From contig OY769902.1 in assembly GCA_963669175.1 (NCBI GenBank), forward strand, positions 160,001 through 224,000: DNA of 64,000 nt. Direction: 5' to 3'. The notes under the pieces were generated by a model. The model saw only the letters and a list, made by a program, of their open reading frames with translations, was not told the DNA's origin and did no database searches. Source of the stretch: a bacterium. GTDB taxonomy: Bacteria; Electryoneota; Electryoneia; Electryoneales; Electryoneaceae. The position numbers were made by a program, and so were the translations under genes. Shown piece after piece: positions 52,175 to 63,800 of this stretch (positions are counted from its first letter, which is position 1; each line of letters begins with the position of its first letter).

Positions 52175-53355
52175 GTTTAGCCAAGTATGACGTGGTTATC
52201 ACTGGCGCTGGTCCCGCAGGTTCGTTTCTTTCCCTCTTATTGGTCCGTCAAGGTGTAAAAGTTCTTCTCCTGGATAAAGCACGCTTCCCACGCTACAAAG
52301 TTTGCGGCGGCGGCTTGACCCCGAAGTCGTTCCGTCTGCTGGCCAAACAGGGTATCCGTCTTGACGGTATCGAAGAAATCCCTATCACAGGAGCGTGGAA
52401 CACTTTCCGTAACCGTGATTGGGTTCGGGTAGACCGTCCCAAACCGGCCAAGGTCGTGATGCGTGATTACCTTGACGCCCTGCTGGTCAATCGTGCCGCA
52501 GAAGCCGGGGTGGATTTCCTGGATGAAACACAGGTCCGGTCAATCGAGTGGAGTGATCAGTGGACCATCCGGACGAAAGCCGCTAGCTATCAGGCGCAGA
52601 TTATCGTCGGCGCGGATGGTGCGACCGGGATGATCCGCAAACAGCTTGGCCTGCCCCCACGATTTCATGTCACTCGCGGACTTGAGGTCGAGTTGGAAGT
52701 CCCGGATGCAGCGCGTGAAGAACTGGGAGGTTATGCCGTGTTTGACTGGGGCGCATGTCCGCAGGGATACGGCTGGATCTTTCCCAAGCAAGACCATTTG
52801 TCCATCGGTGTGTACAGCTTTGATCCAACCGTAAAGTTGAAACCCTGGCTGAACCGCTTCCGCAGCTCGTATGCCCTGTTGCGAGTCGGCCAGATGATCA
52901 AGAGCAAATCCCACCCCCTGATCATCGGCGGGACACCGGTTCCGGTCTGTACCGACAACGCTCTGCTGGTGGGCGATGCGGCGGGGGTATGCGACGCTTT
53001 CTTTGCCGAGGGCATCAGCTATTCGCTCTGGACTGCGCTGAAAGCATCAAAATACATTATCCCCCACCTTGCCGAATCGCGCTATACCCTGCACGGTTAC
53101 CAGGATGAGTATAACCGTTTGTGTGAACGATATTTCGAACCCGCCCTGCAATTGTCACAGTGGTTTTATGCTTCTCCGCAAATCGCTTTTTCCCTTCTCG
53201 CCAGGAACCGGTATTCCTCGGACCAGTTCGCCGGAGTTCTCTTCGGGGAACAAAGTTTTGCGAACGCAATGGCGCATGTGGCTCGAAACCCTCACAAGTT
53301 CATGCTCGCCCGCTGGCAAAAGGACGGCCCTGGGAAACGACCGGCGTTTGCCTGA
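52171..53355 (+). CDS. Geranylgeranyl reductase family flavoprotein
   Basis: GAGPAG, FPRYKVCGGG, GADG, GYGWIFP, VGDAAG, EGI. Confidence 0.9.
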   Translation: MSLAKYDVVITGAGPAGSFLSLLLVRQGVKVLLLDKARFPRYKVCGGGLTPKSFRLLAKQGIRLDGIEEIPITGAWNTFRNRDWVRVDRPKPAKVVMRDYLDALLVNRAAEAGVDFLDETQVRSIEWSDQWTIRTKAASYQAQIIVGADGATGMIRKQLGLPPRFHVTRGLEVELEVPDAAREELGGYAVFDWGACPQGYGWIFPKQDHLSIGVYSFDPTVKLKPWLNRFRSSYALLRVGQMIKSKSHPLIIGGTPVPVCTDNALLVGDAAGVCDAFFAEGISYSLWTALKASKYIIPHLAESRYTLHGYQDEYNRLCERYFEPALQLSQWFYASPQIAFSLLARNRYSSDQFAGVLFGEQSFANAMAHVARNPHKFMLARWQKDGPGKRPAFA

Positions 53356-53368
53356 TCTTCTTCACTGG

Positions 53369-53452
53369 TAAAAGGGTACAGTCACCTTTTCAATTCTCTA
53401 CATCACACAATATTTCATCTTGACTCGTTGAAAAGGAAACAGTCCCCTTTTG
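53369..53452. repeat. Pair of AAAAGG-N9-CCTTTT palindromes
   Basis: Palindromes match those at 58727 and 58787; the spacer is diverged. Confidence 0.8.
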
Positions 53453-53589
53453 CTGCCAGTTTTTTCATTGCCGTTACAATCCACCCCCGAGCGTTTTATT
53501 CTAACGTTCGAAGCCGTACCTTGTGGGCGCGGAACCAATAGACCTTTACTGAGTTGAACAGGCAACACGAGTAACAGGAACAGCGCCCC

Positions 53590-54822
53590 TTGGCCCACTA
53601 CACCTTATTCATCGCGAACCGATACCTGCGTTCCAAGCGCCGTACCGGGTTCATTTCCCTGATCACCTACATCTCCGCTGCGGGAGTAATGCTGGGAACG
53701 ATGACGCTTGTGATTGTCCTCTCCATCGCCAATGGGTTCGAGCATGAGGTGCGTGGACGCATCATCGGATTGGATGCCCATATCCGGGTTACCAGCTTCG
53801 ATGAGTTGGGAAGTGGCGGTTGGGAAAAGGCCATTGACACGTTAAAAACGATCAATCACATCGAAGCGGCCAGTCCCTTTGTCATGCAGAAGGGCATGAT
53901 CCGAAACCGGAAACACAACGATGGCTGCCTGATCCGTGGTATTGATCCCGCCACGGTTGGCGAGGTGAACAACCTGCCGGAACTGCTGGTAGCCGGTAGC
54001 CTGGATTCACTGGAAGCCCTGGACGGCAACATGCCCGGCATCATTGTTGGACGCTACATGTCCGAGATGCTGTATGCGGTCCCCGGCGACACCATCTTCC
54101 TGTTCAACCCCACCACCTCCGGCGCGTTCAGCCAACCCAAGGTCGGGCAATACCGTCTGGTAGGTGTGTTTGAATCCGGTCTGGCAGAATTTGACCAGGT
54201 TTTTGTCTATATCAGCTTGAAAGAAGCACAGAGCCTTTTCAACATGGGCAACAAGGTCAATGGCATCGATATCCGTTTGAGCAAGACGGATAATATTCTG
54301 GCCGACAAGGTCAAGCTTGAAATCAAGGACAAGGTCGGCTATCCCTGGTACGCTCGTACGTGGTTCGAAATGCGGAAAAACCTGTTTGTCTGGATGAAAC
54401 TGGAGAAATGGGCGTTCTTCATTGTGTTGAGCCTTATTGTCCTGGTAGCGGCTTTCAATATCATATCCACGCTGGTCATGATTACCATGGAAAAACGCAA
54501 GGAAATCGGTATCCTTGTTGCCATGGGCGCTACCAGCAAGGATATCAGTCGCATCTTCATTTTGCAGGGACTGGTGGTCGGTGTTATCGGCACCGCCAGC
54601 GGCCTGTTCATTGGCTGGCTGGTGCTGTTCATACAACAGACATTCCACATCCTGAGGCTTCCGCCCGAAGTGTACCTGCTGGAAGAATTTCCGGTCCTGA
54701 TGAATCCGATGGATTTTCTATATGTGGGCATTGTAGGGGTGTTGTTATGCCTGCTGGCTGCGGTATACCCGGCACGTCAGGCGTCACGGCTTGACCCGGT
54801 GGAGGCGATCCGCTATGAATAA
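53590..54822 (+). CDS. lolE: Lipoprotein-releasing ABC permease LolC/E
   Basis: [43 protein letters not shown]. Confidence 0.9.
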   Translation: MAHYTLFIANRYLRSKRRTGFISLITYISAAGVMLGTMTLVIVLSIANGFEHEVRGRIIGLDAHIRVTSFDELGSGGWEKAIDTLKTINHIEAASPFVMQKGMIRNRKHNDGCLIRGIDPATVGEVNNLPELLVAGSLDSLEALDGNMPGIIVGRYMSEMLYAVPGDTIFLFNPTTSGAFSQPKVGQYRLVGVFESGLAEFDQVFVYISLKEAQSLFNMGNKVNGIDIRLSKTDNILADKVKLEIKDKVGYPWYARTWFEMRKNLFVWMKLEKWAFFIVLSLIVLVAAFNIISTLVMITMEKRKEIGILVAMGATSKDISRIFILQGLVVGVIGTASGLFIGWLVLFIQQTFHILRLPPEVYLLEEFPVLMNPMDFLYVGIVGVLLCLLAAVYPARQASRLDPVEAIRYE

Positions 54823-55495
54823 CGCTTCCCCACTGCTCCAGGCCCATGACGTTACCAAGTCGTATACCCTTGGCGAACGCACCATCGAAGTTCTCAAAGG
54901 CGTGAATCTTGAAGCCTTCCCCGGCGAGTTTCTCTCGATCATCGGGCCTTCCGGCGCTGGCAAGAGTACGCTGCTTCATATCCTGGGCACACTTGAACAA
55001 CCGACTTCAGGCAACGTTCAGATCAATGGACACCCGTTCGAAGGATTGGATGAGCAAACACGCGCCTATTTGCGTCGCAACGAGATCGGTTTTGTCTTCC
55101 AGTTTCATCACCTGCTTCCCGGCTTCACCGCGCTGGAAAACATCATGATGCCAGCCTTGATCCTGGGCAAGGACAAAAAAGAAGCGGAAAAACCGGCAAC
55201 TGAGCTGGCGGAAATGCTGGGGCTGTCCCACCGTTTGGAAAACAAACCGGTGGAGTTGTCCGGCGGCGAACAACAACGTGTTGCGGTAGCACGCGCCCTG
55301 ATCAATAATCCCTCGCTGGTCTTGGCCGATGAACCGTCCGGCAACCTGGACCGTGTGATCGGAACCTCCCTCGAAAACGACCTGGTTCAGTTCGCACGGG
55401 ATCGTGGCTCTGCGGTGATCGTGGTGACGCATAACGAAGACTGGGCCCATCGCGCAGATCGTGTGCTGACACTGGTTGATGGGCATTTGGAGTAG
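54815..55495 (+). CDS. lolD: Lipoprotein-releasing ABC ATPase LolD
   Basis: [37 protein letters not shown]. Confidence 0.9.
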   Translation: MNNASPLLQAHDVTKSYTLGERTIEVLKGVNLEAFPGEFLSIIGPSGAGKSTLLHILGTLEQPTSGNVQINGHPFEGLDEQTRAYLRRNEIGFVFQFHHLLPGFTALENIMMPALILGKDKKEAEKPATELAEMLGLSHRLENKPVELSGGEQQRVAVARALINNPSLVLADEPSGNLDRVIGTSLENDLVQFARDRGSAVIVVTHNEDWAHRADRVLTLVDGHLE

Positions 55496-55619
55496 CCCGG
55501 CGCATGCCTGGCCGGGATAAAGCTGGAACCCTTCCCGGCTTGCTTACCAAGAACAGTGCAGGCGAAAAAGCAGCCATCATAGCCATTACCTCAACAATGT
55601 CAATTTCACTTCCGGCAAG

Positions 55620-55653
55620 TCGCGTGGCCCGGCGTGCTCGCACCCGGGTAGTT
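55620..55653 (+). repeat. REP-like palindrome
   Basis: CGCGTGGCCCGGCGTGCTCGCACCCGGGTAGTT, same family as 31555 and 33237. Confidence 0.78.
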
Positions 55654-55938
55654 CCACACCTGCAATCCATGAAGACTGAAATTGAAAGAGCTTAACTCAA
55701 CGCCCAGCAGTTCCGTACTATCCCATCTTTTCAAATAGCCGACTGACAAGCAATCAGGCCTAACAACCCGTAATCCCCGCCATAACCTCTTGATACTCCT
55801 ATCCCTCCTGTGCGTCCCCAAGCGAGAAGGGCATTTGTACTTTGCCTGAAACAACCATACCTTACTTGTGGTGTAATCGTTGAGCAGTAACTGTAGTCAG
55901 TTATTCGCTACTGATAGACCAGAGACAACGAGAGTGGC

Positions 55939-58425
55939 ATGACCAACAAATTTTCTTTTCGCGTTCAACAGGCGATTCAGTACGCTCGTGAGGAGGCGTT
56001 GCGTCTGGGGCATGACTCCATCGCAACAGAACACCTCCTGCTGGGCCTGATTCACCTGGGTGAAGGATCTGCAATCCGCATTTTACAGAATCTTGGTGTG
56101 GACCTGGAAGAGGTCCGTGAAACCATTGAAGAAGCAATTGAATCCCCTTCCACTACGCTGAAGATGGGAAACATCCCCTTCACCAAGCGTGCGGAGAAAG
56201 TCCTGAAGATGTCCTATTCCGAGGGCAAGAACCTGGCCTCGGAAAACATCGGCACATCCCACCTGTTGCTGGCCCTGCTGAAGGATGAAGAGGGACTGGC
56301 GGCGCAGGTGTTGATGAGTTATAACATCAGCTACGAAGCAGTCCGTTCCGAGATGGAAGGCATGCGTGCCGAAGAACCGGAAGGCCCGAAGGAGTTGAGC
56401 ATTCCCAAGCCATCCGGCAAGAGCAAAACCCCGATGCTGGACCATTTCGGACGCGACCTGACCAAGCTGGCGCGTGAAAACCGGCTCGACCCGATCATCG
56501 GACGCGAATCCGAGATCGAACGTGTCGCACAGATCCTGTCCCGTCGCAAGAAAAACAACCCGGTCCTGATCGGTGAACCTGGCGTGGGCAAGACAGCGAT
56601 TGTGGAAGGTCTGGCCTTGCGTATCATCAAGCAGCAGGTCAGCCCGGCCCTGTTCAACAAGCGTGTTATTGCGCTGGACCTGGGCTCAATGGTCGCCGGC
56701 ACCAAGTACCGTGGTCAGTTCGAGGAACGGGTCAAGGGTGTGCTGGTCGAAATCGAAAAGAATCCAGATACGATCATTTTTATTGACGAGCTTCATACCA
56801 TCGTCGGCGCAGGTTCCGCTTCCGGCAGCCTGGACGCTTCGAACATGTTCAAACCGGCGCTGGCGCGTGGCGAACTTCAGTGCATCGGCGCGACAACGTT
56901 GAACGAATACCGTGAGAACATAGAGAAGGACGGCGCGTTGGAACGTCGTTTCCAGAAGCTCATGGTCGAACCGCCAAGCGCACTGGAAACCATCGAGATT
57001 CTCCAGGGACTGAAGAAAAACTACGAAGAACATCACGGTGTCACGTACACCGCCGAAGCCCTTCGCCAGGCGGTTCTGCTGGCGGACCGCTATATATCCG
57101 ACCGTTTCCTGCCTGACAAGGCCATCGATGTTCTGGACGAGGTCGGCAGCCGCCTGCGTTTGAAAAACCTGGTCGTCCCTGATTCCATCCTGAAAATGGA
57201 GCAGAAGATAGAAAGCCTCCAGCAGGAAAAGGACGAGCTGGTCAAGGCGCAGGAATATGAAAAAGCAGCCGAGATCCGTGATACCAAGAATAAGGTAGAG
57301 ATAGAACTCGAGCAGGCGCGCAAGGAGTGGGAGCAGAATGAACACGCCGCCCCGATCGAGGTGTCGGAAGACAATGTCGCGGAAGTCGTGTCCATGATGA
57401 CCGGCATCCCGGTAAGCCGTGTGGCGGTAAGTGAATCCGAACGTCTGCTCCAGATGAAGGAAACGCTCAAGAAGCATATCGTTGGGCAGGATGACGCCAT
57501 CGAAGCGCTGGCCAAGGCGATCCGACGCAGCCGTACCGGCCTGAAAAGCCCGGACCGCCCGATTGGGTCGTTCATCTTCCTCGGCCCGACCGGCGTTGGC
57601 AAGACAGAATTAGCCAAAGTGCTGGCGGAATACCTGTTCGAAGATAAAAACGCCCTGATCCGTGTGGACATGTCCGAGTTTATGGAGAAGTTCAACGTCA
57701 GCCGTCTGATCGGCGCGCCTCCGGGATATGTCGGCTATGATGAAGGCGGCCAGCTTTCAGAAAAGGTCCGCCGGAAACCGTACAGCGTTGTTCTGCTGGA
57801 CGAAGTGGAAAAAGCGCACCAGGACATCTTTAACATCATGCTGCAGGTGCTGGACAGCGGTGAACTTACCGATGGCAGCAACCGTAAGATCGACTTCCGG
57901 AACACGATTATCATCATGACCTCCAACCTGGGATCACGTGAATCGAAGAAGGGCGCGCTTGGTTTCGGTGACACCGAAGGCAAGACCGACTACGATCACA
58001 TGAAAACCAAGATGACCCAGGCGGCCAAGGATATGTTCCGTCCCGAATTCCTGAACCGGATCGACGAGACTATCGTCTTCCGTAAGCTGGAAAAGGAACA
58101 TATCCTGTCCATCGAAGATCTTTACCTGGAAGACATCAACACACGCCTGATCGAGAAGGGTCTGAAGCTGGAAGTTACCGACCCGGCCAAAGACTTCCTC
58201 GCCGATATGGGCTTCAGTGATCAGACCGGCGCACGTACCCTGCGGCGTATCGTGGAACGTCACTTGGAAGATCCCCTCGCCGAGGAGATCCTGAAAGGTT
58301 CCGTCAAGCACGGCGATACGGTGAAAGTGCGGGTCCGCGAAGAAAAACTGATCTTCGAGACCATCGAACGGAACAACGATAGCGCCGATAAATCCGGCAA
58401 AAAGGAAGCGAAATCAGAGAAGTAA
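55939..58425 (+). CDS. clpC: ATP-dependent Clp protease ATPase ClpC
   Basis: Clp-N repeats, [11 protein letters not shown]-like middle region, [17 protein letters not shown]. Confidence 0.95.
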   Translation: MTNKFSFRVQQAIQYAREEALRLGHDSIATEHLLLGLIHLGEGSAIRILQNLGVDLEEVRETIEEAIESPSTTLKMGNIPFTKRAEKVLKMSYSEGKNLASENIGTSHLLLALLKDEEGLAAQVLMSYNISYEAVRSEMEGMRAEEPEGPKELSIPKPSGKSKTPMLDHFGRDLTKLARENRLDPIIGRESEIERVAQILSRRKKNNPVLIGEPGVGKTAIVEGLALRIIKQQVSPALFNKRVIALDLGSMVAGTKYRGQFEERVKGVLVEIEKNPDTIIFIDELHTIVGAGSASGSLDASNMFKPALARGELQCIGATTLNEYRENIEKDGALERRFQKLMVEPPSALETIEILQGLKKNYEEHHGVTYTAEALRQAVLLADRYISDRFLPDKAIDVLDEVGSRLRLKNLVVPDSILKMEQKIESLQQEKDELVKAQEYEKAAEIRDTKNKVEIELEQARKEWEQNEHAAPIEVSEDNVAEVVSMMTGIPVSRVAVSESERLLQMKETLKKHIVGQDDAIEALAKAIRRSRTGLKSPDRPIGSFIFLGPTGVGKTELAKVLAEYLFEDKNALIRVDMSEFMEKFNVSRLIGAPPGYVGYDEGGQLSEKVRRKPYSVVLLDEVEKAHQDIFNIMLQVLDSGELTDGSNRKIDFRNTIIIMTSNLGSRESKKGALGFGDTEGKTDYDHMKTKMTQAAKDMFRPEFLNRIDETIVFRKLEKEHILSIEDLYLEDINTRLIEKGLKLEVTDPAKDFLADMGFSDQTGARTLRRIVERHLEDPLAEEILKGSVKHGDTVKVRVREEKLIFETIERNNDSADKSGKKEAKSEK

Positions 58426-58452
58426 GCTGGTTTTAGCTTGTGATAGATTTTG

Positions 58453-58478
58453 AAAGCCAACTCGAAAGGGTTGGCTTT
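58453..58478 (+). terminator. Hairpin downstream of clpC
   Basis: AAAGCCAACTC-GAAA-GGGTTGGCTTT. Confidence 0.6.
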
Positions 58479-58570
58479 AATAGTTGGCCAAGACTGTGTT
58501 ACTGAAATTGTTTCTCGCCCTTTTTCACTTTTTTCACTGACTACTTTTTTCACTTCAAGATTCCAGGCTA

Positions 58571-59122
58571 CTTCGCTGATCTCCCACGAAAAGGGGACGG
58601 AATCCTTTTCCTCGAAACATATAAAGAATTCTCTTGCTGAACCTTATGGAAAAGGAAGCTGTACCCTTTTCGCAGTAATGAAACCTGATAGCAGGAAAAG
58701 CCAGGAGCGTGGTACTTCATCCCAGGCAAAAGGGTACAGTCACCTTTTCGATATACTCTTCACACAGTATCCAATCTCAGCGCGACGAAAAGGAAACAGT
58801 CCCCTTTTGCTGCCGTCTTGTGTACTGACTTGTCTCTTCCCCCGGCTTCGCTGATCTCACAACGAAAAGGGGACGGAATCCTTTTCCTCGAATCATATAA
58901 AGAATTCTATTGCTGAACCTTATGGAAAAGGAAGCTGTACCCTTTTCGCAGTAATGAAACCTGATAGCAGGAAAAGCCAGGAGCGTGGTACTTCATCACA
59001 GGCAAAAGGGTACAGTCACCTTTTCGATATACTCTTCACACAGTATCCAATCTCAGCGCGACGAAAAGGAAACAGTCCCCTTTTGCTGCTGATTTGTGTA
59101 CTGTCCTGTCTCTTTCCCCGGC
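58571..59122. repeat. Two tandem ~276 bp units carrying eight 23 bp palindromes
   Basis: Units start at 58571 and 58846; palindromes at 58588, 58649, 58727, 58787 and each again 276 bp later. Confidence 0.9.
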
Positions 59123-59259
59123 CAGGCATGGCCGGGCTACTCGACTTTCAGTAGTCTTCTTGCAAATTCTTCTCATTCGGGGCACATTCACTGATAACAG
59201 TCGCTTCCGTGCGCTGGAGTGTGTATATTTAGCGATTGTGAGAAAAAGGAGGGGAACGG

Positions 59260-60429
59260 TTGCAGGCTACAGACTGGATGGCGCTGGCCTTTGAACGGTT
59301 TCAGAGTGCGGTTCGCACTGTCCGCTTGACTCTGCCGCCCGGACGTCATGCCGAATTCTGGTCCCGCCTGCTGGAGCTAGCCCAACTGAAGCGTCGCGGC
59401 CTGGTAATCACTGTCCTGATTGATGATGACCTGATCAACGAAGACGCCATTCGTATTGCCCTCCAAACCATCCCTGAACTTGACCAGTGTGGCCATGAGA
59501 TCAGTTGGGTTATCGCTGAGACTCTTCCCTATCGTCTGTTTATTGTGGACGACGCCTGGGCGCTGGTAGTCTGCGGCGATCCGGACGATCCCAATGATGG
59601 CGCCTTTGCCCGTTTGACAGATAATGCGGATGAAGCGACGCGCCTGCGTGAAGCGTTCGACCGTCGCGCCGGGTCCGGACAGTGGGATGTGGCTCCTGGT
59701 TCGTGGCTGGAATGGCTGGACAAAGCGCCGCACCGTCCCCCGACAAAATCCGCCCTGGCTGCGTTGCATCGTCATTCCTATCGTCTGCATCGCGCGGTTG
59801 TCCGCAGCCTCAAGCAGATGCCCAAACGATCCTGTTGGCTGCTGAAGCCACGGGACAGCGCCTACGGCATTCCTGAACCGCCCGGTGGTCACCAATGGCT
59901 GGAATGGCGTGAACATAATCTGATGGCTTTGGGCTGGCCCTTATTGGTTGAGCCGCTTGGCCTGCCTAAAATGCCATCACGACGAGCGTTCGTTTCAAAG
60001 TTTTCTTCCATATACCATCATCAACAGAATACGATTCGCGCTTACGCCACGATCCGTCATTTCGTGGAAGATATGCGCGTCGGAGATCGTGCTGTCGCTG
60101 TTGAAGGCTGGACTGCTCACCAGAACACTCCTGTACGCTTTCACGGCTGGACTCATATTGAAGGCGCCCCGGAGATTAACCGGCAGGCATCCGAATGGCC
60201 CCTGGTACGCCGCGCAGACTGGCGACGATATGAACTGGACTTGCCGATTGAAGCCGTTCGCGCGGCCACGGGTCTTGAATCAGCCACCTATCCCTTGCAT
60301 AAACTTGAGACCGGCGCGTTCAGACGGTTGGTTGCCCTGGCGGAAGAGGTCAGGAGGAACAAAGGGGATAGTCAACTCCTGCTTGACCTGGCATTAATGA
60401 ATCACACTCCCGCTCCGTTCAAAGAATAG
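59260..60429 (+). CDS. Hypothetical protein: degenerate PLD-like domain plus an Mrr/McrB-N-like domain
   Basis: RBS AGGAGG before TTG; RRGLVITVLID...LPYRLFIVDD (HKD-like, no His/Lys); WLLKP...WREHNLMALGW...FVEDMRVGD. Confidence 0.65.
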   Translation: MQATDWMALAFERFQSAVRTVRLTLPPGRHAEFWSRLLELAQLKRRGLVITVLIDDDLINEDAIRIALQTIPELDQCGHEISWVIAETLPYRLFIVDDAWALVVCGDPDDPNDGAFARLTDNADEATRLREAFDRRAGSGQWDVAPGSWLEWLDKAPHRPPTKSALAALHRHSYRLHRAVVRSLKQMPKRSCWLLKPRDSAYGIPEPPGGHQWLEWREHNLMALGWPLLVEPLGLPKMPSRRAFVSKFSSIYHHQQNTIRAYATIRHFVEDMRVGDRAVAVEGWTAHQNTPVRFHGWTHIEGAPEINRQASEWPLVRRADWRRYELDLPIEAVRAATGLESATYPLHKLETGAFRRLVALAEEVRRNKGDSQLLLDLALMNHTPAPFKE

Positions 60430-60869
60430 GAGCGCTCCAAGGCATTTGCGCGTCAGCAATTCCCTGTTCACATTGAAGTTTGAACATTTTTTTCCAAATG
60501 GCTCTAATTGCTCCCATGTCTCCGTTTTTTTTCTTTATGCTATCGATCAACGTGGATAATACATGTATTTCTTTGTAAATTAAGAGGATCTACTGGCCTC
60601 AGTAACAAAGTGCTTGACAAGCTTGACGTTTTCCCATTACCTCGGTGAGGCCATTCCTACCATACGATAGGTAGTGCTGGATACTGAGAAAGGGTTGTGC
60701 ATAGGGTGCCTACTTGCCGGAAAGAAATTCACTACAGGATGTGAAAGACCACAATTGATTCCGCTTGCCTCGGCTGGCATTGCCTTTGCTTGTTTTTGTT
60801 TGGAGTTTCTTTGACATCTCTGAAGAAAAGGTTACAGTGATACTACATCCCCGTGTTGGAGGTACCTTC

Positions 60870-63800
60870 ATGAAGCGCTTTTTGTGCACGTTTTTACTCG
60901 TAAGCCTGCTTGCCTGCTCTGCTTTCTCGGCACAGCTTGCTGAACAGACCGCAAACAATCTGGACGCGATTAAAGTAGAACAGCGTCAATTGCGGGATGA
61001 TGGCGCAACTCTGGTTCTTGGCATTGACGAGCCGACCTGGTCAATTGCCGGATCAGAAAACAACCCGCTTGAAGTTGTTGAATTTGCACTGAGTGGTTTG
61101 CTCGGTGTCGAAGGAAACCCGGCTGTGCCGGTAACGGGTGCGATGTTCCGTATTCCCGCGCGCAGTGGCGTTGTTGTTGAAGTAATCGAAACCGAATATA
61201 CTACCTATACAGATGTTGATTATGCCGCGTTCTACGGTTCCGGTGAGTTGGACGAATTAGGTCCGCCGCAGGAAATCATAGACCAGTGGTATCCCGGGAC
61301 TCTCGCTGAAGCTGGCGAACCTGCAATCTTCGGAGATTTCCGCGTTTCCAACCTCTTGACTTACCCGATCCAGGTCAACACTGCCCGTCGTGAAGTGCGC
61401 GTTTACAACCGCATTACTGTTGACATTCGTTACGAAGGCGTGGATGAGACCAACGCCCTCGAGCATTGGCCGACACATATCAGTGAGGCACGTTTGCCCT
61501 TCTATCGTCAGTTCATGGACTGGGACGACGAGGAATTGGATGAGTACGTGCTGTATCGTGGCAATGTCGTTGTCGTCATGCAGGATGATGGTGCGTTATG
61601 GACATTGCTTGAACCCTGGCTGGAGTGGAAGCGTCAAAAGGGGTGGACTTTTGAGTTTCTTACGGACAGCGATGTAAACTGGAGCGCAAGTTCTATCCGG
61701 AGCGCACTCCAGGACATGTGGGACGACGCGGAAATCAAGTACGACTATATCGCCATTATCGGTGACGACCAGGGTTCCTGGCCGGTTCCGGCAGGTTCAG
61801 GCGGTTCCGGCACCAGCCACGGCGACCACCTCTATTCCTGCGTAGCAGGTAATGACAACCTTGCCGACGTCGGCCTGGGGCGTATTTCAGTGGAAAACAA
61901 TACGCACCTGACTGCCTACGAATACAAGGTGTTCAACTACGAAAAAGAACCGTACATGGAAGAGACGGACTGGTATCTGCGTGGCGCAGTGAACCGGTCA
62001 GACAACCATGCCGGTATTTCCAAGATTATCATGTTGCGTTGGTGGCGTAATATCATGTTGGGGCAGCTTGGCTTTACCCAGGTTGATACATCCTGGGGCA
62101 TTGGAAACAACATAGCCCGCAATGCGATTAACAACGGCGTCATTTTCTACGGTGCTCGTGGCTACATCAGCACCGGCCTGCAATGCGGTGATATCAACAG
62201 TCTGACCAACGACTACAAGACACCGATGGTCATTGATGTTACGTGTTACACGGGCAACTGGTCCGGTGGTGACGGCATCAACGAATGCTACATGCGCGCC
62301 GGTACAGCAGCCGTACCTCGTGGCGGTATTGGCGGCATGTCCATGGCAACCTCCGCTACACGTCCTGACTTCAACCACGTCCTGTCCGGCGCTGCCGGCT
62401 GGGCCTTGTTGCGTTTGCAGATGCCACACATGGGTGACATGATGCTGGCAGCCAAGATTAACGGCTGGAAGAACTACCATGGCCATGACGATGGCAACCT
62501 GAACAGCTTCAATCAGTGGTTCAACCAGATGGGTGACCCGACTGTTCTTCTGTACACAGGTCTTCCCCAGGAGATGGATGCAGACGTTGAAACAGAAATT
62601 GAAGTCGGCAACAACAGCTATGCGGTGACAGTCACGGATGATGAAGGTCCAGTCGAAGGCGCTTGGGTAACCTTCTACAAGGTTGATGATGACGAAGAAG
62701 TCATCGCCACCAAGGTGACAGATGAAAATGGTGAAGTTATTCTGGAAATCCCGGTCCGTTATGCCGGCGACGCGACTTTGACAGTTACGTGTCAGCATTA
62801 TATCCCGGAAATCATTGACGTTGAAGTAAATAATCCGGACGCACGTGTGGGTTATGTCGATGTCACCTATCTTGATAGTGGTGCAAGCGGTACTGATGGC
62901 GATGGCGATGGTATCCCGGAAGCCGGTGAAACTGTCGGTCTGATGATTACTGCCAAGAACTTTGGTACCGGGACTGAAACCGGAGTATCCATTACGGGTT
63001 CGGTTGATGATGAATGGATTAGTGATGTATCCGGTGAAGCTACGATCAATTCACTTCCCAGTGGTGGCCAGCAACTCGCTTCTGGTGTTGTCCTGATAGA
63101 GATCGAGTCCAATGCACAGAATGACTGGATCGTCAACCTGAACCTGGATATTGAATCGGATGATGGTGGTTGGAGTGATGTTCTCCAGATGACTATCGGC
63201 GCGCCTGATTTCGCCCTGGTCGATGCCGCTGTTTCAGGCACGTTGAATCCCGGTGACACACGCAACATTGACATTGATATCATGAATGTCGGCGCTGATG
63301 CATTCAGCGGTGGCACGGGCACACTGATCAGCCGTGATCCCTACGTGCATGTCATCAACGAATCCGATACCTACAACGGTATCGCAGTCAACGGTTCCGG
63401 TAGTGGCACCTTCTCGATTCAAGCCCATGAAAATGCACTGCCAGGATACAGTACGACTATTAAGCTGGCGATAGATGGCACTAATGGCACCACAGATACC
63501 GTTATGGTGCCGGTAACTGTCGGCAACCGCGTCTCTACCGATCCCGCAGGGCCGGATCGTTACGGCTACTTCGCTTTTGACAATACCGATACAGCCTACG
63601 AAGATTATGTCCCAACCTACGACTGGGTTGAGATCAATCCCGATGTAAACGGCAATGATTACGACGGCACTTCGTTCAACCTGAGCGATCCTTCTGAAAA
63701 TTCTGATGAAGGAACATGGGTTGAGCTACCCTTTACCATTCAGTACTACGGTCACGAGTTCGATACTATTACCGTCTGCACCAACGGTTTCATCGCCATG

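Noticed and set aside
58571-59122. CRISPR array
   Set aside because: Repeat cores vary and alternate in orientation, the spacers are duplicated rather than unique, and there are no cas genes.
58450-59294. Short ORFs across the palindrome array
   Set aside because: They are translations of the tandem repeat with no coding signal.
60640-60869. Riboswitch in the long leader of the C25 protease gene
   Set aside because: Only weak hairpins and no motif I could match; an Rfam scan would be needed.
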